Made by a program: the position numbers and the translations under genes. From Solimonas flava (GTDB lineage: Bacteria > Pseudomonadota > Gammaproteobacteria > Nevskiales > Nevskiaceae), in the NCBI GenBank assembly GCA_040391865.1, contig JBEBWZ010000002.1, forward strand, positions 5,446-69,445: 64,000 nucleotides of DNA, written 5' to 3'. Positions 37,792 to 44,667 of the stretch are shown here, piece by piece. Below the pieces are notes generated by a model that worked only from the letters and a program-made list of their open reading frames with translations, was not told where the DNA came from and made no database searches. Position 1 is the first letter of the stretch; each line of letters starts with the position of its first letter.

Positions 37792-38862
37792 TCAGACATC
37801 CCTCGCAGAGAACTGAGCCGTCAAGCGGTCAACTAGTCTTTTTCCGTAGAGAGGATTCATTGAAACGGAGGTGCTAATCGGATGATAAATACCGAACTGT
37901 TGCCGAATCTCATCCGCAGGAAGACCAAAACTCAAATCGCTGGCCACGGCTTTCCATTTGACTGCAAGTCTATGACGGCATTTACCGCATAAGGTGTCTC
38001 CCGCTCCACCCTCAGGAACCAACCGATAAGAGCCAACATCGTCGACCACAGCCCACCCCACCGCACCGAACCCTTTTGCATAAGCAACAACAATGTCCCC
38101 CGGAATATATTTTCTTAGCAGTTTCTCACCTTGGTCTCCAGGTAAATCATCAAAACATGCCGGAATTTGACCCAGAGAAACCAAAGATTTCCACCATGCA
38201 TTATCTGCTTTCGCTATGTTATGCCAAAAATAACCGGGCTCTCGAACTGGGGAGTCAAATATAAGTGAATAAAGAGATTCCGGCGCACGGTCAAAAGCAA
38301 TCGAGAACGAAAGGAACCGCTCATCACCAACCTGGACTGGAAAATATGAAATACATCTAAAAGCGACATCTTTAGAGCATAGCCATTCACCTAGAGAGAA
38401 CACAGTTTCATCGAAGGATCGTGCAATCAGTATTACTCTGCTACGGCTATTGATTGTTTCTATGTCAACTTTCCCTCCAAGAAATCTGGAAACTACGTCT
38501 TTAAAGTATTCCGGATTCTCTGAGAAATTATTAATAAAGTTGACCCCTCTATGCTTTGAGAAATCAGATAAATACTGCATCGCCTGAGTCTCAATTCCCA
38601 GTCGCCCCTCGTCTTTTTTTAATTCGATAATTACACCATTACCAGCCCTATCCAACGCTAGTATGTCGGCCCTTTTACCTGCTTTGGTTTTAACTTGATT
38701 TCTTACAATAAGGAGAGGCTCTCCAAAAACAGACTCCTGCATGCTATATATTTCATCTTCGCGCGTTACCAAATAACGCTCTATAGCGAGTTCCTTAGGG
38801 CTCCAATTGGAGCGCATCGCTTCCAGCCGCCCCTCAAATTCATCATTTATTCTATATAGCAT
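37792..38862 (-). CDS. island gene D: NucS/DUF91-like PD-(D/E)xK nuclease domain fused to a C-terminal beta-rich module (possibly PUA/EVE/ASCH-like)
   Basis: 356 aa. ATG preceded by GGAG (TGGAGTAATC ATG). GKRADILALDRAGNGVIIELKKDEG gives D66...E80-x-K82, followed by ETQAMQYL (QxxxY) and SRVILIARSFDE, matching the NucS-type nuclease core. The C-terminal part (YFWHNIAK...IPGDIVVAYAKGFGAVGWAVVDD...HRLAVKWK) resembles small PUA-like barrels; that part is inference only. Confidence 0.75.
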   Translation of the reverse strand: MLYRINDEFEGRLEAMRSNWSPKELAIERYLVTREDEIYSMQESVFGEPLLIVRNQVKTKAGKRADILALDRAGNGVIIELKKDEGRLGIETQAMQYLSDFSKHRGVNFINNFSENPEYFKDVVSRFLGGKVDIETINSRSRVILIARSFDETVFSLGEWLCSKDVAFRCISYFPVQVGDERFLSFSIAFDRAPESLYSLIFDSPVREPGYFWHNIAKADNAWWKSLVSLGQIPACFDDLPGDQGEKLLRKYIPGDIVVAYAKGFGAVGWAVVDDVGSYRLVPEGGAGDTLCGKCRHRLAVKWKAVASDLSFGLPADEIRQQFGIYHPISTSVSMNPLYGKRLVDRLTAQFSARDV

Positions 38863-38929
38863 GATTACTCCAATTTTATGCTCGCCTTGGCAAGGCTCGA
38901 ACGAATTTAATCAAAACTGAACACGTACT

Positions 38930-39520
38930 CTATTCATCTTTATCGCCGATCCATCCATAAAATTCTTCCGGCACCCCATCTGCCAATTGCCTATTAGTCT
39001 TTATATCGATGGTCGAGTTACACCCCATAAGCGGCACCTCAATAATTTCCTCCTGCGCCGACCAATTCATCTCCAGATAGCGATTACCATCGCCATCATG
39101 CTTGATCCCGGTCACGCGCCCATGACCATGAAGGAGCATCGTCTTGCCGAACTGATTTCGCTTCTTGAGGATGATGAGATCGCCCGGCCATATGTTGTTA
39201 AAGCGCTCAAGCTGCTGCTTACTGCTAAAGAAGATAAAGGTACAGATACCTTTCGCCTTCCACTCGATATCAAGCCGGTTCTCGAAGTCGGCTCCAGGAC
39301 AAAACCCCATGAACACCATCGTCCTGTCCAATGGCGTTTTCGTATCGATCGCAGCGATCACGGCATCGACGCCGGCAGCCCCCTTGTCCCTCATCCGTAC
39401 AGCGTTGGCATGTAGCTTTACCAGATCCGTTCTCGTGTAGGTGCCATTACGGATTCTTTCAATCTGTTCTTGGTTTCCCATAACACTCCAGAGATATTGT
39501 TCTACTGCCTTGAGCAGCAT
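38930..39520 (-). CDS. island gene C: small hypothetical protein with a PGD[LI][IV][IV]-containing beta-rich module similar to the C-terminus of gene D
   Basis: 196-aa ORF. An alternative ATG at 39481 has a better RBS (TGGAGTGTT ATG). IWPGDLIILKKRNQFGKTMLLHGHGRVTGIKHD...YLEMNWS parallels IPGDIVVAYAKGFGAVGWAVV...LAVKWK of gene D. No family recognised. Confidence 0.6.
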   Translation of the reverse strand: MLLKAVEQYLWSVMGNQEQIERIRNGTYTRTDLVKLHANAVRMRDKGAAGVDAVIAAIDTKTPLDRTMVFMGFCPGADFENRLDIEWKAKGICTFIFFSSKQQLERFNNIWPGDLIILKKRNQFGKTMLLHGHGRVTGIKHDGDGNRYLEMNWSAQEEIIEVPLMGCNSTIDIKTNRQLADGVPEEFYGWIGDKDE

Positions 39521-39551
39521 TATTCCGCAAATTGGCTCAATGTCGGATATA

Positions 39552-40847
39552 TCAGAGTCCGTCTTTAGGGCCCTCTGGCTCGGAACTCAGCGCTTCGAGT
39601 TCAAGACCTTCAATCTCCTGCATGGATTTCCCTGCAATACCCTGCAGGTCGCCATACATCCCCACCGTGGCGGTCACGACACGGGCAATTTGCTGTTCGC
39701 GCTTGGCCCACTGCTTTGAGATCACTTTGCGCTCGCGATCCAGGTCTTCACGCATGGAGGTGAAGGTTTCGACGATTGCTTCGACACGATGGCGGAAGGC
39801 CGGTCCGGTCAGGTACTGATAGACCATTTCGGTTTTTGTCTGCTGACCTTCAGCGATCTGACGCGCCATGCTCACCTGCATCAGGCCATGCCGTAGCGAT
39901 GTTGCTACCGGAAGCGCGGCTCGCGGCGTGGTGATCCAGACGCCGTCGATGACGTCAAAGGTTTCGACTCCCTTTGGCAATACCTGCGAGACCAGAATGG
40001 CGATCTCCGCCTTGGCGGCGCGCTGATCGTCACGCAGCTTGGTGAGCCAGGTATCACTCCAGTGCCTGGTGCGCTTGGACTCCCACAGGATCGTGCCGCA
40101 GGCCTGCCCTCCGGGGCCGATGACTCGGTGCACGACATCTCCACCAAACTCTCCTTTCGGAACGGGCTCGATGCTGTCGAACGGAAATTTCCCTCGCAGC
40201 AGGCTTTCCAGTTCCAACTCCTGCACCTCTCCCTGCAGTTGCTGGGAGCCCTGATCGGCCTTCTGCTTGAGGTCATCGATCTTTTTCTGCATCGAGGCGA
40301 TGACGCGATCCCTCTCAGCAATCTTCAGCCCGATCGAGTCCTCGACCTCCTTCAGGGCTTGCCCCCTGACGGCAGCCAGTTCCTCATTCACTTTGTTCTG
40401 TACCGTCAGCCCTAACTCGCGGCGGGCGTCATCCAACTCCCGCTGCTTGCGGATCAGGTCGGCCTGCGCTCCTTGAGCCTCTGCCAGCTTTTCTTCTCGC
40501 TTCTGCAGCAGTTCTTTCAACTCCGAGAGCTCATTGGACTTGGCATCAAGGTCCGCACCCAACGCCAAGCGGGCCTTGCGCGCTTCCTCGGCAACAAGTC
40601 GGGCGCGCTCGGCCGCAAGCTGGACAAAGACTCCTTCCGAAATTTTGGAATCAATCGTGCGCCGCGCCTCGACAATGGACTGTTCCTGTTCACGGAACGT
40701 CTGCTCTCTCGCAGCCATCGCATTGTCCTTCTCAAGGATTCTGCGCTCGAAGTCCTGCCGTGTCGCAGCAATCAATGGCGCGGCGAGCGACTCTGTCAAT
40801 CGGATAGTGGTGGCACAGTTGGGGCAAACGATGGTGGGTTCGGTCAT
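39552..40847 (-). CDS. island gene B: DUF2130-type protein (N-terminal CxxC, long coiled coil, C-terminal PD-(D/E)xK-like domain)
   Basis: ATG at 40847 (MTEPTIVCPNCATTIRL); an overlapping GTG at 40859 is also possible. About 190 residues are heptad-rich and E/K/R/Q/L-rich. Then FPFDSIEPVPKGEFGGDVVHRV...GTILWESKRTRHWSDTWLTKLRDDQ...AEIAILVSQVLPKG (D241...E260-x-K262 in 435-aa ORF-track numbering). The overall pattern matches what I recall of DUF2130. Confidence 0.8.
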   Translation of the reverse strand: MTEPTIVCPNCATTIRLTESLAAPLIAATRQDFERRILEKDNAMAAREQTFREQEQSIVEARRTIDSKISEGVFVQLAAERARLVAEEARKARLALGADLDAKSNELSELKELLQKREEKLAEAQGAQADLIRKQRELDDARRELGLTVQNKVNEELAAVRGQALKEVEDSIGLKIAERDRVIASMQKKIDDLKQKADQGSQQLQGEVQELELESLLRGKFPFDSIEPVPKGEFGGDVVHRVIGPGGQACGTILWESKRTRHWSDTWLTKLRDDQRAAKAEIAILVSQVLPKGVETFDVIDGVWITTPRAALPVATSLRHGLMQVSMARQIAEGQQTKTEMVYQYLTGPAFRHRVEAIVETFTSMREDLDRERKVISKQWAKREQQIARVVTATVGMYGDLQGIAGKSMQEIEGLELEALSSEPEGPKDGL

Positions 40848-40855
40848 GGCCTTTC

Positions 40856-42328
40856 TCACACGGATAGCTTCTTGGCCAACACGAGCATGGCTTCAGTGTC
40901 GCGTTCGCAGTACCGCAGGAGTTGTGCGCGCAGCTGAGCCTTTCGGGCGACTGACGTCGTCGGCTGTAGGGATTCTGAGAACGCTTCCTGCGCCTGACCT
41001 CCATCCTTTACGCCTTCGAGATCGTCATACCGCAACTCTGGAGCAATCGTCGGCAGCACTTTCTTGATCGACCAGGAGCCCTGCATCTCGGGGTGGTAAT
41101 AGCCATCCCGCAACAGCGGCAACATGTCTTCGATTCTGGCGATGATGGCCGCGAGTTCCGCACGCAGATCCGGGAAGCGCTGCGCCAGTTCGCGAAGAAT
41201 GCGCTGCTCAAAGCTGCTGTAGACCACGATTGCGCCCTCCCGTCCCAGCATCGCGATCAAGCTCTCCGCAAACTCGCGCATCGGTGCCTGATCTCCGTGC
41301 GCCAGGTATTCGCGGTGAGCCACATCGCCGCTGGCCTGCTCGACATGGCAGGACCACTGAAACGGCAGTTGTTCGTAAGGTCGCGTTCCCGCCCAGATCG
41401 GAACGGCAAACTGAATCGTCTCGAAGTCCAGGTAATAGCGTGGGTACGAAATGGAACGGAGCTTTTCGGCAAGGTCTGCGGCAAAGATCGGGGCGCCCGC
41501 AACCGTGGCCTGCCAGACACGGATATGGGTCGGATTGCTGAGCGCACCTTCTGGAATCTCTCGAATGTCTTCGAACCCTTGACCCTGCAGTTGTTCGATT
41601 TGCGCTCTGCGGATACGCGGCAACATGGAAAGCGGATATTCCGGCTGCGGCCCTGCGCATTGCGCCATAAAGGGACATGGATAGGGGCGCCCGCATTGCG
41701 CGCCCATCTCGACTGTCGGCATTGCGCCGGACAGCGTTGCCCGTGCGCCTTCGGTCCACTGCGAAACCGCGGCAACCATTGGTTCCACGGCAGCGGCTAC
41801 ATCCACTTCTTTCAACAAGCCTTGATAGTTGCCGCTGCCGGAATAGACGAAGCCGGTGTCGACGTGGGCCAGCGCGTAACTTGAAAGTGGCAGCCCTTCT
41901 GCCCTGAGCACGGCAACCTGCACCGCCAGATCATCGAGATGTGGCTCTTTGACCGATGTCGATGATTTGACCTCGATGAGGTGATATCCGCCTCGCACCG
42001 GTTTTAGAACGTCGGCACGAATCAGCAGACCTGCATCGTCGAATGTCGCCTCGAATAGCGTATGGGCGTAGGGATGTCCCATTCTTTCTCGGGTCTCAGC
42101 CAGAGCAGCACGCAGTCCTCCCGCAGGCTCGACCAGCCACCCGGGTCCATACAGGTCACGCGCGATCGCTCCAACCTTGTTGCCGTCTGCAAAGCGTCGC
42201 TCAGCGTCTGCGGACTGTTCTCCCAGCTGCGGCCAGTATGTCTCCAGCCATAGACGTTTGGCACACTGCCGAAAGCTGAGTAAGCGGGATTTGGAGAGTC
42301 CCGTCCGCCCTCCAGGTAGTTGCTCCAT
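40856..42328 (-). CDS. island gene A: DUF2779-type protein (Cas4/RecB-like PD-(D/E)xK nuclease with a 4-Cys cluster, plus a C-terminal RNase-H-fold DEDD-like exonuclease)
   Basis: 490 aa. Strong SD (TAAGGAGGGGAG ATG). Motifs: C22 (FRQCAKRLW); D106...E119-V-K121 (IRADVL...HLIEVKSST); QVAVL; C212-x5-C218-x5-C224 (QCGRPYPCPFMAQC); then YYLDFETIQF (D301, E303), VVYSSFEQRIL, and LRYCERDTEAM (Y-x3-D). Confidence 0.8.
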   Translation of the reverse strand: MEQLPGGRTGLSKSRLLSFRQCAKRLWLETYWPQLGEQSADAERRFADGNKVGAIARDLYGPGWLVEPAGGLRAALAETRERMGHPYAHTLFEATFDDAGLLIRADVLKPVRGGYHLIEVKSSTSVKEPHLDDLAVQVAVLRAEGLPLSSYALAHVDTGFVYSGSGNYQGLLKEVDVAAAVEPMVAAVSQWTEGARATLSGAMPTVEMGAQCGRPYPCPFMAQCAGPQPEYPLSMLPRIRRAQIEQLQGQGFEDIREIPEGALSNPTHIRVWQATVAGAPIFAADLAEKLRSISYPRYYLDFETIQFAVPIWAGTRPYEQLPFQWSCHVEQASGDVAHREYLAHGDQAPMREFAESLIAMLGREGAIVVYSSFEQRILRELAQRFPDLRAELAAIIARIEDMLPLLRDGYYHPEMQGSWSIKKVLPTIAPELRYDDLEGVKDGGQAQEAFSESLQPTTSVARKAQLRAQLLRYCERDTEAMLVLAKKLSV

Positions 42329-42346
42329 CTCCCCTCCTTATCGATA

Positions 42347-42356
42347 TGTGATCACA
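42347..42356. promoter_or_regulatory. perfect 10-bp palindrome upstream of island operon (candidate operator of the WYL regulator)
   Basis: TGTGATCACA at 42347..42356, 19 nt upstream of the gene A start and just upstream of its SD, within the 121-bp divergent region shared with the WYL regulator gene. Confidence 0.4.
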
Positions 42357-42449
42357 ACCGTGCAAGAAGCCAACAGAGTAAGCTCCGCATGCGACGGCTT
42401 GTGACGCATTCATAAGTCCCCATAGTCACTCTGCCCGAAAGCCGAACTT

Positions 42450-43457
42450 ATGTCAGCCAACGATCTTGCCCTGCGTCAGTGGACCTTGTTGCGCAGCATT
42501 CCCCGATATCCGCAGCGGGCTTCGACCCGTGAACTGCGCGACCGGTTGCTGCAGCAGGGCTTCGAGGTAACGCCACGGTCGGTGCAGCGCGATCTGGCAA
42601 CGCTGTCGACAACCTTCGGCTATACCTCGGAGGAAGAAGGCAGAACACTGTTCTGGTTCTGGCCCAAGGATTTTGGCCTGCTGGATGTGCCGGGAATGGA
42701 ACCGGTTACTGCGCTGACGTTCACTCTCGCCGAGGCCCACCTGAACCAGATACTTCCGGCTTCGGCCCTGCAGTTACTGGCGCCCTATTTCAAGACGGCT
42801 CGCGGTGTTCTCGGCCAGTCGTCGGGCAGCCGGTACAGCCGCTGGCCGGAGCGCGTGCGGGTGCTCGGCCGCGGCCCGGGGCTGACAGTTCCACAGGTTC
42901 AGCACAAGGTTCTGGCAGTGCTCGAGCAGGGCTTGCTCGGAGAGCGCGTACTAAGGATCCACTACTGCCGGCGAGGTGAGGCCAAAGCATCGGTTCATGA
43001 GATCAGCCCACGCGCACTGGTGGTAAAGGATGGCATTTACTATCTGATCGCAACCTACGGTGCACAAATGCCGCCCTATCATTTCGCGCTGCATCGGGCG
43101 ACCGCAGCCGAGATTCTCGATCAGTCCAGTCCCAAACTCCCCGAGTTTGATCTGGACCGCTACATCCGCTCGGTGCGAGCCTTCGACTGGCCGATCGGCA
43201 GGCAACCGATTTCGCTGATGCTCAGCGTGACCGAGGGCGTTCGCGTGCATCTGGAGGAGCGCGCGCTGTCGTCGGATCAACGGATCAGCGCTACCGATGA
43301 CGGCCGCTATCGGGTCGAAGCCTCGGTAATGTCCACCAGCGAACTGCGCTGGTGGTTGCTGGGCTACGGCCCCGAGATTGAGGTCATCCGTCCAATCGCC
43401 TTGCGACGCGAGATCGCAGCGACTATCGCCGGTGCCCATGCGCTGTATCGATGCTAA
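42450..43457 (+). CDS. HTH-WYL-WCX transcriptional regulator (BrxR/CapW/PafBC-like)
   Basis: 335 aa. N-terminal wHTH (ASTRELRDRLLQQGFEVTPRSVQRDLATL), central WYL-type region (RIHYCRRGEAKASVHEISPRALVVKDGIYYLIATYG...PYHFALHR), and a C-terminal WCX-like ELRWWLLGYGPEIEVIRPIALRREI. Divergent from the four-gene operon. Confidence 0.85.
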   Translation: MSANDLALRQWTLLRSIPRYPQRASTRELRDRLLQQGFEVTPRSVQRDLATLSTTFGYTSEEEGRTLFWFWPKDFGLLDVPGMEPVTALTFTLAEAHLNQILPASALQLLAPYFKTARGVLGQSSGSRYSRWPERVRVLGRGPGLTVPQVQHKVLAVLEQGLLGERVLRIHYCRRGEAKASVHEISPRALVVKDGIYYLIATYGAQMPPYHFALHRATAAEILDQSSPKLPEFDLDRYIRSVRAFDWPIGRQPISLMLSVTEGVRVHLEERALSSDQRISATDDGRYRVEASVMSTSELRWWLLGYGPEIEVIRPIALRREIAATIAGAHALYRC

Positions 43458-43482
43458 GCCCCGGAACACGCTCGCAAGCAGA

Positions 43483-44667
43483 TTACCGCGCAGCCAATTC
43501 CAGCCCCTGCCGATAGAACTTCTGCGCTTCTTCCGGGCTTTGGGTCTGCTCGCATAGACGTGCCAGTTCCAGATACGCGGTCGCGGTCGGCTCGGTACGC
43601 ACCACGGCTTCGAGGTAGCTGCGTGCCTTGCCCCACAGTTTGTTGCGCAGGCAGGCGCGGCCGGCGGTGACCAGCAGCTCGGGCTTCTCGCCGTACTTGC
43701 CCAGCCATTCCTCGATCGCTGCCAGTTGCGACAGTGGCTCTCCGGCCTGCAGCGAGCCGTACAGCGTCGCCAGCACCGGATCCCATTCACGGCTCAGCGT
43801 GGCGCTGATCATCGCCGCGGCTTCGGCATCGGCATTGAGCCGCACCAGGCCACGCACATAGGCGCGACGCAGATCGGACTGATGACGGAATTCCTTCGGC
43901 AAGGCCTCCCACAGGGCCTTGAGCTGTTCGAGATGCGCGTCGCGCAGGGCTTCGCCCATGCGTTCCAGCTGCGCACGCGTCAGCAGCGCGCGATAGCGCT
44001 CGGCCGGCAGCAGTGCACGCACGCCGTCATCGAGCAGCAATTGCCGCAAGGGCTCCCACGCCGAAAGGCCGTAATAGCTTTCGGCCAATAGTTCGGCGGC
44101 GTAGGGATGCCGGGTATCGATTGCACGCAGCTTCAGCGCCGTATCGCGCGCCAATGCGTATTCTCCACGCTCGCGCTGCAGTTCGGCCTGGGTCAGCAGC
44201 GTCGCCACTTCCATTTCCGGTGCCGATTGCGTGGCCAGGCGCAGGTAGTGATCGCGCCGGTCGCCCGCGCCCAGACGCTGCGCCGCACGCGCCGCGCCCA
44301 GGTAGTTCAGATGCGCGGCGTGATGGTCGGCCGCGCGACGCACCAGTTCGACTTCCGCGCGCTTCCAGTTGCCTTCCAGCAGTTTCAGCAGGCCATCCTC
44401 GAACGAGCTTTGCGCCTTGTCGCGACGACGACGTTCCAGCGCCGCACGCACGGTACCCGGCAGGCGCACGCCGCTGACCAGCAGCCGCACCGCCCAGTAC
44501 AGCACCAGCAGGCCGACCACGATCGCGACGATCAGCCCCAGCAGGGAGGTTTCGATGGTCCAGTGATGGATGTTGATGAGAACGTAACCGCTCTCTTCCC
44601 GCAGGTAGTGCGCGGTGGCGGCACCTCCCGCGAGGAACAGCACCGCGATCAGCAGCACGCGAATCAT
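43483..44667 (-). CDS. hemY: HemY-family protein (heme biosynthesis-associated TPR membrane protein)
   Basis: 394 aa. MIRVLLIAVLFLAGGAATAHYL...GYVLINIHHWTIETSL, two TM segments, then TPR-like repeats. Follows hemC-hemD/X. Confidence 0.85.
   Translation of the reverse strand: MIRVLLIAVLFLAGGAATAHYLREESGYVLINIHHWTIETSLLGLIVAIVVGLLVLYWAVRLLVSGVRLPGTVRAALERRRRDKAQSSFEDGLLKLLEGNWKRAEVELVRRAADHHAAHLNYLGAARAAQRLGAGDRRDHYLRLATQSAPEMEVATLLTQAELQRERGEYALARDTALKLRAIDTRHPYAAELLAESYYGLSAWEPLRQLLLDDGVRALLPAERYRALLTRAQLERMGEALRDAHLEQLKALWEALPKEFRHQSDLRRAYVRGLVRLNADAEAAAMISATLSREWDPVLATLYGSLQAGEPLSQLAAIEEWLGKYGEKPELLVTAGRACLRNKLWGKARSYLEAVVRTEPTATAYLELARLCEQTQSPEEAQKFYRQGLELAAR

Larger units (their letters stand above)
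37740..43480. other. compositionally foreign genomic island (candidate defence island) between dnaB and hemY
   Basis: Hand GC counts of sampled 60-nt lines give about 30-48% in 37860-38760, about 48-53% in 39060-39240 and about 62% at 40201. Flanking genes are mostly above 65%. The island holds five genes with nuclease and regulator motifs. No integrase, tRNA or flanking direct repeats were found. Confidence 0.7.

Noticed and set aside
36285-37799. dnaB start at 37799 (504 aa)
   Set aside because: That ATG overlaps the stop of island gene D. It adds a Cys/Phe/Trp-rich peptide (MSELLACRFFWFSRGDF) unlike DnaB N-termini. A downstream start is more plausible.
42347-42356. TGTGATCACA as a CRP/CAP site
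   Set aside because: The CRP consensus has the TGTGA and TCACA half-sites separated by 6 nt. Here they are contiguous, so a different dimeric regulator is more likely (the adjacent WYL protein is the obvious candidate).
37740-43480. Island as a prophage, ICE or transposon
   Set aside because: I found no integrase, recombinase, transposase, tRNA target, terminal inverted repeats or flanking direct repeats by eye. The mobility mechanism is unknown.
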